Source: an uncultured Planctomycetales bacterium (GTDB taxonomy: Bacteria > Omnitrophota > Gorgyraeia > Zapsychrales > JAHFFX01). From it: a stretch of DNA of 64,000 bases. The notes under the pieces were generated by a model. The model did no database searches, was not told the origin of the DNA, and saw nothing but the letters and a program-made list of their open reading frames with translations. The stretch covers positions 211,659 to 275,658 of the forward strand of contig CAZTCI010000002.1 in assembly GCA_964612665.1 (NCBI GenBank). Reading direction: 5' to 3'. Positions 56,198 through 64,000 of this stretch are shown piece after piece (the stretch's first letter is position 1; the number at the start of each line of letters is the position of its first letter). The translations under genes were made by a program, and so were the position numbers.

Positions 56198-57715
56198 TTG
56201 TTTCTTCAAATCTCTAACTTATTTAAAAAAAAATTGTGGATTGTTGTTCTCTCCGTAATTTTGTTTGTTTTTTCAGGTGTTAGCCTCGCCGCGGATGCCC
56301 CTAAAGCTGATGCGAAAGCAGTTCAATCCGGTGATAACAATTTTATAACGGCGGTTGAAAAAGTCGCGGAAACAGTCGGACCAACGGTCGTCGCGATTCG
56401 CACCGAACGAACCGAACGCATTAACCGCGGGTATGCGTATAGTCCTTTTGACGACGAGCTTTTTCAGCGGTTCTTTGAAGATTTTTTCGGCCAGCAATAC
56501 ACTCAGGAATATAAACGCGCCGGCCTCGGTTCAGGAGTGATCATTGATCCGCGCGGATATATCTTAACCAATCAGCATGTGATTGATGGCGCGGATAAAA
56601 TTTTAGTGCGTCTGGCCGATGGCCGTGAAGCTGAGGGAAAATTAACTGGTTCCGCGCCGCGCAACGACTTGGCGGTTATTAAAATTGATTTACCCAACTT
56701 GCCGGTCGCAAAGCTTGGCAATTCTGATAATTTAAAAACCGGACAGTGGGTTGTGGCGATTGGTAATCCTTTCGGCTACTTGTTGAATAATCCTGAACCG
56801 ACGGTCACAACCGGTGTTATCAGCGGTGTCAAACGATCGCTTCCCCGAACATCACAGCGGGATATTGAATTGACGGATTTGATTCAAACCGACGCGGCGA
56901 TTAATCCCGGCAATTCCGGCGGACCTTTGGTTAATTTAAGCGGTGAGATTATCGGCATCAACGCGGCGATTTTTTCAACCTCCGGTGGCTATCAAGGGAT
57001 GGGATTTGCCATTCCTAGCAATAGCGCGAGCCGTATTCTTAATCAGTTGATCAAAGGCGAAAAAATTACCTACGGCTGGATCGGTGTCAGCATTCAAAAT
57101 ATAGACCGCAGGCTCGCTGATTATTTTGGTTTAAATAACAATTTAACCGGCGCGTTAATTATGGGTGTTTTACCTAACGGCCCGTCGGATAAGGCGGGTT
57201 TAAAAAATGGTGATATCATTTTGAAGGTGGACAATGCTCCGGTGCATGACACAGCGGCTTTGATCACAACGATTGGTAACATGCCGGCTGGAAAAAAATT
57301 AACGCTTCAAATTTTACGTAATGAAAAAGAAATTCCTTTTAACGTAACCGTGGCGCCGCGTCCTGACTTTGACGAGAACGGTCAAATCATCGAAGAACAG
57401 TCGCCGGAACCACCGACGTCCGATGAATCCAATTCGTCCCCTGTCATGGATAATTGGCGTGGACTTAAGGTCAGGGATTTAATGCCGTCGGATTATCCAA
57501 AACCGAATTCAGATGAAATAAAAGGGGCCATTGTAAGTGAGATTCTTCCAAACAGCTTGGCGGAAGAAACTGGTTTAAAACGTGGAGACATTATTGTCAG
57601 TATGAATCAGCTGCCGATTGCCAGAGCCCAAGATTTTTACGCCAAGGCCGCCAAGGTCAAAGGCGATTGTTTGGTTCAAACGCCGCGTGGTTATTTTGTT
57701 ATCAAAGCGAAATAG
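56198..57715 (+). CDS. htrA: Periplasmic serine endoprotease DegP/HtrA family (trypsin-like domain plus two PDZ domains)
   Basis: A signal peptide and the catalytic triad context (HVIDGA, D in NDLAVIKID, GNSGGPLVN) are present with two PDZ domains. The ORF appears to use a TTG start. Confidence 0.85.
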   Translation: MFLQISNLFKKKLWIVVLSVILFVFSGVSLAADAPKADAKAVQSGDNNFITAVEKVAETVGPTVVAIRTERTERINRGYAYSPFDDELFQRFFEDFFGQQYTQEYKRAGLGSGVIIDPRGYILTNQHVIDGADKILVRLADGREAEGKLTGSAPRNDLAVIKIDLPNLPVAKLGNSDNLKTGQWVVAIGNPFGYLLNNPEPTVTTGVISGVKRSLPRTSQRDIELTDLIQTDAAINPGNSGGPLVNLSGEIIGINAAIFSTSGGYQGMGFAIPSNSASRILNQLIKGEKITYGWIGVSIQNIDRRLADYFGLNNNLTGALIMGVLPNGPSDKAGLKNGDIILKVDNAPVHDTAALITTIGNMPAGKKLTLQILRNEKEIPFNVTVAPRPDFDENGQIIEEQSPEPPTSDESNSSPVMDNWRGLKVRDLMPSDYPKPNSDEIKGAIVSEILPNSLAEETGLKRGDIIVSMNQLPIARAQDFYAKAAKVKGDCLVQTPRGYFVIKAK

Positions 57716-57716
57716 C

Positions 57717-58193
57717 ATGTCTTTGGCGATGCCCAACGAGGAATTCATTCGCGCGAAAAAAATCGCGTTCCAGTTTCTCAAAGTCCGTAATCGAAGCGAA
57801 AAAGAGATCCGCCGGAAGTTTATTCAGAAAAAGATAAATGCGGAGGTGACAACTCAGACGCTGGATTATTTAAAAAAGCTCGATCTTGTCAATGATCGGC
57901 GATTCGCGCGGGACTGGATAACAATGCGCTTAGGGGTGTCATACGGCCTCAAGCGGATTTTTTTTGAATTAAAGGAAAAAGGGATTGCGAAAAGTATCAT
58001 CGATGACGTTTTAACCGAAATCAAAGTTGATCGTCCCTATAATGAAGAAGATACAATCACGTGTGTCGTTCAAAAACGGATGCAGCGTTATAAAAACTTA
58101 GAACCTGAAAAAGCAAAACGGCGGATGTTTGAATATTTAGCCCGCCGGGGATTCTCTTTAGACAAAATTAAATCAACCGTGGAAAAATTATGA
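57717..58193 (+). CDS. recX: Recombination regulator RecX
   Basis: The roughly 158-aa product is helical with a RecX-like three-repeat pattern. It lies between recA (with htrA intervening) and alaS, as in gammaproteobacteria. The start is reassigned to the ATG at 57717. Confidence 0.65.
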   Translation: MSLAMPNEEFIRAKKIAFQFLKVRNRSEKEIRRKFIQKKINAEVTTQTLDYLKKLDLVNDRRFARDWITMRLGVSYGLKRIFFELKEKGIAKSIIDDVLTEIKVDRPYNEEDTITCVVQKRMQRYKNLEPEKAKRRMFEYLARRGFSLDKIKSTVEKL

Positions 58194-60850
58194 AAGCCAA
58201 TGAAATCCGTGAAAAATTTTTAGATTTTTTTACCGGCAAAGCGCACACAATTGTCAGCAGTGATTCGCTGGTGCCCAAAGACGATCCGACAGTTTTGTTT
58301 ACGACCGCAGGGATGCAGCAGTTTAAACGGCAGTTTTTGGGACAGATCGACAATTACCGCCGTGCGGCGACTTGTCAAAAATGCCTACGCACCGACGATT
58401 TAGATCAAGTTGGCAAAACGCCGTTTCATCATACGTTTTTTGAAATGCTGGGAAATTTTTCCTTCGGCGATTATTTTAAAAAAGAAGCCATTGCCTGGGG
58501 TTGGGAATTTTTAACGCAGGTTATGCAAATTCCCGCTGAAAAATTATGGGTTTCGGTTTACAAAGATGATTCGGAAGCTGAAGCAATCTGGCTCAACGAC
58601 ATTAAAATTCCAAAGAACAAGCTGGTTAAGCTGGGCGACAAAAGTAATTTTTGGCCGTCGGATGCGAAAGAAAAAGGTCCCAACGGTCCGTGCGGTCCGT
58701 GTTCGGAAATTTTTTATGATTACGGCGTTAACCCGAACTGTCCTAAAAAAGAAAAATGTGATCCGGACTGTAATTGCGGGCGCTTTGCGGAAGTTTGGAA
58801 TCTGGTTTTTACTCAATTCAACCGCAAAGACGGCGGCGTTCTCGAACCGCTTCCGGCCAAGAATATTGATACGGGCATGGGTTTTGAACGCTTGGTTGCA
58901 GTTGTTCAGGGCAAAAAATCGAATTTTGAAACTGATATCTTCGTGCCGATTCTAAATTTAATGGACCAGGTTTTCACCAAGGCGAAGTGTCAATTACCGA
59001 AAACTGAACGGTTAATTGTTGCGGATCATATCCGCGCGGTTGTTTTTGGCATTACCGACGGAGTTATGCCTTCCAATGAAGGCCGCGGGTATGTGATTAA
59101 AAAATTGATTATCGATATTACGGATCTTTCGCTGCGCGGTGGAGCGAGTGAACCGGTTATCCATAAACTCGTGCCAGGTGTTGTTGACGCGATGCAGGAA
59201 AAGTATCCGGAGATCGCAAAGAAACAAAATGACATTACTGCCACCATCAAAAGAGTTGAAGAGGCTTATTTGAAAGTGCGTCGCGAACAAATTCCGGAAT
59301 TGTCCAGAGAATTGGAAACGGGCATTCAAACCACGTCGAGCGTAGAACGCGTCAACCGTTTGGGACAAATCTTTTTTAACTATCGCGATACACACGGGCT
59401 GACGCTCTCAACGATTTTAGATACAGCTAAATCCGTTGGAATTACAGCACCAGATGAAGCCGCCGCTGTCAAACATTTCGAATCCTTAATGGAACAACAA
59501 AAAAACCGTTCCCGCGCCGCAAGCAAAATGACCGGCGATGTTTTTGCGGATGCTGATTTAAATTTAAATGTTTTGAAAACCCAATTTTTGGGCTACGAGC
59601 AATTTAATGGAAACGGCCGAGTCTTAAAATTATTTTTGGATAACAAAGAAGTTTCCGAAGCACAAACCGGTGACACAGTCAAAATTGTTTTAGACCGCAC
59701 ACCTTTTTACGCTGAATCCGGCGGGCAAGTGGGAGACACGGGGGTTATGACAAAGGCCGATGCCCGGGTGCGTGTTAACGATACGCAAAAGATCGCAGAT
59801 GTTTTTATTCACACGGCAGTCATTGAACAAGGGCGTTTGGCCGTCGGTGATTTACTTGAATTAATGGTTGATTCTAAGCGTCGATTAGCTATTATGCGTA
59901 ATCATACGGCGACGCATTTACTGCAGGCGGCGCTGCGTAAAATTTTAGGCAGTCATGTCCAACAACAAGGTTCGCTCGTCGCCCCAGAGCGGTTACGTTT
60001 TGACTTTACGCATCCACAGGCGATTTCGAAAGAACAATTATGGGCGATTGAGACGCAAATTAACCAATGGATTCAAGAATGTAATGGTGTTGACAAAAAG
60101 GTCATGAGTATAAGTGAAGCTAAGGAAAGTGGGGCGCTGGCCTTTTTTGCAGAAAAATACGGCGAGACTGTACGGGTTGTTTCAATTGATGGTTATTCCA
60201 AAGAATTCTGTGGCGGAACGCATTTAAATTTTACCGGTCAAATCGGTTTGTTTAAAATAACGGCGGAAAGCGCCATCGCTCAAGGCATCCGCCGCTTGGA
60301 GGCGATGACGGGAACTTCGGCTGTTGAACTAGTTCACGAGCAGGAAAAACAATTAGAAGACATCGCACAACTTATCAAAGCACCTTTTCAAGAAATTGTT
60401 GAACGCGTGGCGAACCAAACTCAGCGCCTTAAAGATGTTGAGAAGGAAACTGAGCAATTACGTTTTGAATCAATTAAACATTCGCTTGATGAATTGATTC
60501 AAAAAGCGGAAGTGGCTGGTGGTTCGAAAATAATCACACACCTTTTTAAAAATGTTGATGCTACTTTTTTAAGAAAAGTTGCTGATTTACTGAAACAGAA
60601 AAGCCAATCCTCGATCATTACGCTCGGCGGAGAAACGTCATCGAACGCTTTTATTTTGCTTGCGGTCAGCGATGATTTGGTCAAAAAAGGAATCAAGGCC
60701 AGTGAGCTCATCAAAACAATTGCGCCCGTCATGGGAGCAAGCGGCGGCGGCCGGCCGGAGTTGGCGCAAGCCGGTAGTAAAGAAGTTGACAAGCTTAAAC
60801 CAACACTTGAGCAGGCGCGTAAAATCATAAAGGAATCTCTTTCTAAATGA
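58190..60850 (+). CDS. alaS: Alanine--tRNA ligase
   Basis: The 886-aa product has the class II motifs FTTAGMQQFK, the editing-domain HTATHLL and the C-terminal DHHA1. Confidence 0.95.
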   Translation: MKANEIREKFLDFFTGKAHTIVSSDSLVPKDDPTVLFTTAGMQQFKRQFLGQIDNYRRAATCQKCLRTDDLDQVGKTPFHHTFFEMLGNFSFGDYFKKEAIAWGWEFLTQVMQIPAEKLWVSVYKDDSEAEAIWLNDIKIPKNKLVKLGDKSNFWPSDAKEKGPNGPCGPCSEIFYDYGVNPNCPKKEKCDPDCNCGRFAEVWNLVFTQFNRKDGGVLEPLPAKNIDTGMGFERLVAVVQGKKSNFETDIFVPILNLMDQVFTKAKCQLPKTERLIVADHIRAVVFGITDGVMPSNEGRGYVIKKLIIDITDLSLRGGASEPVIHKLVPGVVDAMQEKYPEIAKKQNDITATIKRVEEAYLKVRREQIPELSRELETGIQTTSSVERVNRLGQIFFNYRDTHGLTLSTILDTAKSVGITAPDEAAAVKHFESLMEQQKNRSRAASKMTGDVFADADLNLNVLKTQFLGYEQFNGNGRVLKLFLDNKEVSEAQTGDTVKIVLDRTPFYAESGGQVGDTGVMTKADARVRVNDTQKIADVFIHTAVIEQGRLAVGDLLELMVDSKRRLAIMRNHTATHLLQAALRKILGSHVQQQGSLVAPERLRFDFTHPQAISKEQLWAIETQINQWIQECNGVDKKVMSISEAKESGALAFFAEKYGETVRVVSIDGYSKEFCGGTHLNFTGQIGLFKITAESAIAQGIRRLEAMTGTSAVELVHEQEKQLEDIAQLIKAPFQEIVERVANQTQRLKDVEKETEQLRFESIKHSLDELIQKAEVAGGSKIITHLFKNVDATFLRKVADLLKQKSQSSIITLGGETSSNAFILLAVSDDLVKKGIKASELIKTIAPVMGASGGGRPELAQAGSKEVDKLKPTLEQARKIIKESLSK

Positions 60851-62073
60851 AAATTTTGAAACAATCCGGCCAAGGACTTCAAGCTCTTTATAATCGCCAG
60901 CTTTTCGCACGCAAGCGTCAAATTGAAGAGAAGGTCACACAGATCATTGATGACATTAAGTTAAACGGGGATGAAGCCGTTTTAAAATACACCCGCAAGT
61001 TCGATCACGCCAAACTCACCGCCAAACAAATCCGCGTTGATGAAAGTGAAATCAGCGGTGCTTTCCAAAGCATTACCAGTGAATTTGTTGGCACACTCAA
61101 ATTTATTATCAACAACGTCGAGACTTTTTATAAAAAGCAGCTCAAAAGACCCGCCCGCGTTCATACGCAAGAAGGCGTGTTGTTAAAAGAAAATATTTTA
61201 CCACTGGATGCGGTAGGAATTTATATTCCTGCTGGAACAGCGCCCTTGGTTTCATCGGTTTACATGACGGCAATTCCAGCGAAAGTCGCCGGAGTTAAGC
61301 GGGTTGTCATTGCAACTCCGCCCAATCAGCAAGGTCATATCAACCCTTATATTTTGGCGGTCGCTAATCTTTTGAAGGTCAATGAAATTTACAAAGTCGG
61401 CGGCGCGCAGGCGATTGCGGCGTTGGCGTTAGGAACCAAATCGATTTCCAAAGTTGATAAGATTGTTGGTCCGGGCAACATGTATGTGACGGAAGCCAAA
61501 CGCCAGCTTTTTGGTTATGTGGATATTGATATGCTCGCGGGTCCGACGGAAGTTGTCATTATCGCGAACCATTATAGCAACGCCGATTATGTGGTCGCGG
61601 ATATGGAAGCGCAGCTTGAACATATCGGCGGCTTGGCAATTTTGATCACGACTTCTAAGCAATTATTGCGTCAGGTCAAAAAACGTGTTTCGAAAGGTTA
61701 CGCCATCTTGGTCAAAAATATGGATGAGGCTGTCGTGATTACGAATCAAATCGCGCCCGAGCATCTGCAGATTTTAATCAACAATCCGATGGGTATCGCG
61801 AAAAAAATTACGAATGCCGGCGCGATCTTTCTTGGACCATTTAGTCCGACGGCGATTGGCGATTACGTTGCCGGACCAAGTCATGTTTTACCAACGCTTG
61901 GCACCGCGCGGTTTTTTTCCGGCCTGTGCCTGTCCGATTTTACAAAAACGAGTCATATTATTTCGTATTCGAAAAAAGCCTTGGAAAAAATCCGTGATCC
62001 GCTCGATAAAGTCGCAACCATCGAAGGTTTAAGTAAACATTCGGAATCCATTAAAGTCCGTTTCGCATATTAA
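60847..62073 (+). CDS. hisD: Histidinol dehydrogenase
   Basis: The 408-aa product has GGAQAIAALA, GPGN.YV..AK and AGPTEVVIIA motifs. It overlaps alaS by 4 nt. Confidence 0.85.
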   Translation: MKILKQSGQGLQALYNRQLFARKRQIEEKVTQIIDDIKLNGDEAVLKYTRKFDHAKLTAKQIRVDESEISGAFQSITSEFVGTLKFIINNVETFYKKQLKRPARVHTQEGVLLKENILPLDAVGIYIPAGTAPLVSSVYMTAIPAKVAGVKRVVIATPPNQQGHINPYILAVANLLKVNEIYKVGGAQAIAALALGTKSISKVDKIVGPGNMYVTEAKRQLFGYVDIDMLAGPTEVVIIANHYSNADYVVADMEAQLEHIGGLAILITTSKQLLRQVKKRVSKGYAILVKNMDEAVVITNQIAPEHLQILINNPMGIAKKITNAGAIFLGPFSPTAIGDYVAGPSHVLPTLGTARFFSGLCLSDFTKTSHIISYSKKALEKIRDPLDKVATIEGLSKHSESIKVRFAY

Positions 62074-62094
62074 TTTAAAAAAGGAAAAGCTCTT

Positions 62095-62694
62095 ATGAAC
62101 GCCCGCAAAGCTCAAATAGAACGCAAAAGTAAAGAAACTGAAATCATGGTTGATTTAAATGTCGACGGCCGCGGTGATTCAAAAATCAAAACGCCGATTG
62201 GTCTTCTAAATCACATGCTCGAGCTTTTTGCGTTTCATGGGTTTTTTGATTTGGCTTTGGAAGTGAAAGGCGATACGCACATCGACATTCACCACACAAA
62301 TGAAGATATCGGAATTGTCCTCGGTAAAGCGTTTAAAAAAGCGCTGGATGAAAAAGAAGGGATCAAACGGTTTGGTTCAGCGTTTGCGCCGATGGAGGCG
62401 ACGTTAGGACATAGTGTTATCGATATCAGCGGCCGGGGCTATTTTAGTTTTAATATCGATGCTCAGCCGACAGAAGGGGAGAACTACACTTTAGAATATC
62501 TCACGCATTTTCTAGAATCCTTAGCGCATCAATTAGGTGCGACCTTGGTTGTAACAGTTACGAATGCCAAGGGTGCTGATTTACATACGGTAACTGAAAC
62601 AGTCTTTAAATCCCTAGGAATGGCGTTCGATCAAGCAACGCAGATTGATCCTCGTCGAAAAGGAGTGCCTTCGACAAAAGGGATTATTGATTAA
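62095..62694 (+). CDS. hisB: Imidazoleglycerol-phosphate dehydratase (monofunctional)
   Basis: The 199-aa product has ETEI.V.LN.DG, HMLE.FA.H and the IHHTNEDIG metal-site motifs. Confidence 0.9.
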   Translation: MNARKAQIERKSKETEIMVDLNVDGRGDSKIKTPIGLLNHMLELFAFHGFFDLALEVKGDTHIDIHHTNEDIGIVLGKAFKKALDEKEGIKRFGSAFAPMEATLGHSVIDISGRGYFSFNIDAQPTEGENYTLEYLTHFLESLAHQLGATLVVTVTNAKGADLHTVTETVFKSLGMAFDQATQIDPRRKGVPSTKGIID

Positions 62695-62753
62695 ACGAGG
62701 GATGAGGACGCTCAAATCGTCCATCCTCTCTCGTAAATTGAGTTAATTTTAAA

Positions 62754-63353
62754 ATGATCGCAATTATCGACTATGGAATGGGAAATTTGCGCAGCGTTCA
62801 AAAAGCCTTAGAAAAAGTCGGCGCTCAAGCGGTTATAACCCAAAATCCATCTGACATCGACGCTGCTCAAAAAGTTGTCTTGCCCGGCGTCGGCGCCATG
62901 CAGCCGGCCATGAAGAAATTAGAAGAGACGGGTTTAACCGCAAGGATTAAAAAAACAATTGCCGCCAATAAACCTTTTCTCGGTATTTGTTTGGGACTCC
63001 AGCTTCTTTTTGAAAAAAGTTTTGAGGGCGGAGAAGTGAAAGGACTAGGAATAATTCCTGGCTCCGTTGAGCGGTTTCAATCGCTTAAAGTGCCTCATAT
63101 GGGATGGAACCAGATTCAACTGCGCCAAGCCGGGTGTCCGCTTTTTAAAGGGATCAGCCCTCTTACAAATATGTATTTTTGCCACTCGTATTTTGTGAAT
63201 CCAAAAGACAAGACAGTTGTCGCGGCGTCAACGGATTACGGCGTTAACTTTGCCTCGAGTGTTGCGTATAAAAATATTTTTGGCGTGCAATTCCATCCTG
63301 AAAAAAGCCAGACCGTTGGGTTGGCTCTTTTAAGAAATTTTGTCGCGCTATGA
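62754..63353 (+). CDS. hisH: Imidazole glycerol phosphate synthase, glutamine amidotransferase subunit
   Basis: The motifs IAIIDYGMGNL, the catalytic GICLGLQLL and HSY/FHPEKS are present. Confidence 0.9.
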   Translation: MIAIIDYGMGNLRSVQKALEKVGAQAVITQNPSDIDAAQKVVLPGVGAMQPAMKKLEETGLTARIKKTIAANKPFLGICLGLQLLFEKSFEGGEVKGLGIIPGSVERFQSLKVPHMGWNQIQLRQAGCPLFKGISPLTNMYFCHSYFVNPKDKTVVAASTDYGVNFASSVAYKNIFGVQFHPEKSQTVGLALLRNFVAL

Positions 63354-64000
63354 TTATTTTTCCGGCAATAGATATTAAGGATGGGAAAGTCGTCCGTTTG
63401 CGTCGGGGAAAGTTTGACGAAGTCACTGTTTACTCGGAAAATCCCATTGAAGTGGCGCAAAAATGGGAAGCTGCTGGGGCGCAGTGGCTGCATGTCGTTG
63501 ATTTAGACGGCGCGCAAACCGGGGTCATGAAAAATTTTGAAATCGTCCGCTCGATGGCCCAAACACTCCGCATTCCGATTCAAATGGGCGGCGGCATCCG
63601 AGAGAAAGCGAACATCGATCGGCTTTTCAGCGCTGGCGTTCAACGCGTCGTGTTAGGCACCAAAGCGATTGAAAACCGTTCTTTCTTAAAAAAAATTCTT
63701 GAAAAATGGCACAGCCGGATTATTTTGAGTCTGGATTGTTCCAACGGCATGGTCGCGTTAAAAGGCTGGACGGAAGTTTCAGAACTAAAAGCCGTTGATG
63801 TCGCGCGGGATTTAAAAACGATGGGCGTTGCAGCAATTGTCTACACAGACATCAGCCGGGACGGAATGTTGACTGGCCCGAATATTCCAGCGATGCAGAA
63901 TTTATTGCGCGAAGTCGGCATTCCCATTATAGCGTCGGGCGGCGTGGCCACAATCGAAGACATTCAAGCTTTAAAGAAACTTGAGCCGCGTGGTTTGATC
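63350..64000 (+). CDS. hisA: Phosphoribosylformimino-5-aminoimidazole carboxamide ribotide isomerase, 3'-partial at the window edge
   Basis: The product reads MIIFPAIDIKDGKVVRL...VVDLDGA and GGGIR. It overlaps the hisH stop (ATGA) and has no stop before position 64000. Confidence 0.8.
   Translation, partial: MIIFPAIDIKDGKVVRLRRGKFDEVTVYSENPIEVAQKWEAAGAQWLHVVDLDGAQTGVMKNFEIVRSMAQTLRIPIQMGGGIREKANIDRLFSAGVQRVVLGTKAIENRSFLKKILEKWHSRIILSLDCSNGMVALKGWTEVSELKAVDVARDLKTMGVAAIVYTDISRDGMLTGPNIPAMQNLLREVGIPIIASGGVATIEDIQALKKLEPRGLI

Noticed and set aside
62695-62753. Short imperfect inverted repeat (ggacg...cgtcc) between hisB and hisH as an attenuator
   Set aside because: It has only a 5-bp core stem with mismatches and no U-run. 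It is too weak to call.
1-64000. CRISPR arrays, integrase or transposase genes, or a prophage block
   Set aside because: I found no regularly spaced direct repeats, no tyrosine or serine recombinase, no transposase signature and no cluster of phage structural genes. Both tRNAs are followed by ordinary housekeeping genes.

Overview
This 64 kb window looks like a chromosomal, mostly housekeeping region of a low-GC (roughly 40-45%) Gram-negative bacterium. It holds about 60 tightly packed genes and two tRNAs. I found no CRISPR array, integrase, transposase or prophage block. Several features suggest a gammaproteobacterial-type genome, but this is inference only: recA-recX-alaS synteny, a fadI/fadJ-like thiolase plus 714-aa multifunctional beta-oxidation enzyme, a gshA-gshB glutathione pair, an RND heavy-metal pump, and a CTGT-N8-ACAG palindrome at recN. 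The main content is listed below in window order.
- 1-5000: an Fe-S/glutathione redox module (Mrp/ApbC-DUF971, Grx4, BolA, gshA-gshB), with an ORF6N/KilA-N-like gene inserted and a frameshifted GST-N/Grx-like remnant.
- 5290-9289: a NUDIX-FKBP(SlyD-type) fusion, YceI, an NTF2-like secreted protein, LOG and rhodanese.
- 9415-15423: an AddA/AddB-type helicase-nuclease pair.
- 15499-18410: a compact five-gene cluster of unknown function built around LemA and a TPM/YgcG protein.
- 18479-23951: gpmI, a hypothetical protein, a polysaccharide deacetylase, an ArnT/PMT-like GT-C transferase and a PAS-GGDEF protein, all co-oriented.
- 24179-30516: cspA, tRNA-Lys(CTT), a GIY-YIG protein, a split transketolase, transaldolase and pgl.
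- 30883-37632: a copper/silver-type island with a Cys/His small protein, CusB-like adaptor, CusA-like RND pump, DUF2892 protein and two secreted YHS-domain proteins.
- 37790-46907: a beta-oxidation set (PaaK-like ligase, thiolase, FadJ-like, long acyl-CoA dehydrogenase) interrupted by a lipoprotein, rlmD-like and ferredoxin genes.
- 46918-48996: an unusual cNMP-binding / degenerate MinD-CpaE-like / patatin tri-domain protein.
- 49049-50187: a Fur-family regulator with a dyad operator, overlapping a His/Cys-rich membrane protein of unknown family.
- 50201-52021: recN with an SOS-box-like palindrome and tRNA-Ala(CGC).
- 52198-64000: rsmE, a TPR-containing GT-C protein, recA-htrA-recX-alaS and hisD-hisB-hisH-hisA.
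I saw no single unmistakable new system. The candidates worth most attention are the LemA/TPM five-gene cluster next to addAB, the cNMP-TadZ-patatin protein, the Fur-linked His-rich permease and the YHS/DUF2892-decorated Cus island. All functional calls rest on motif recognition by eye, with no database searches run.
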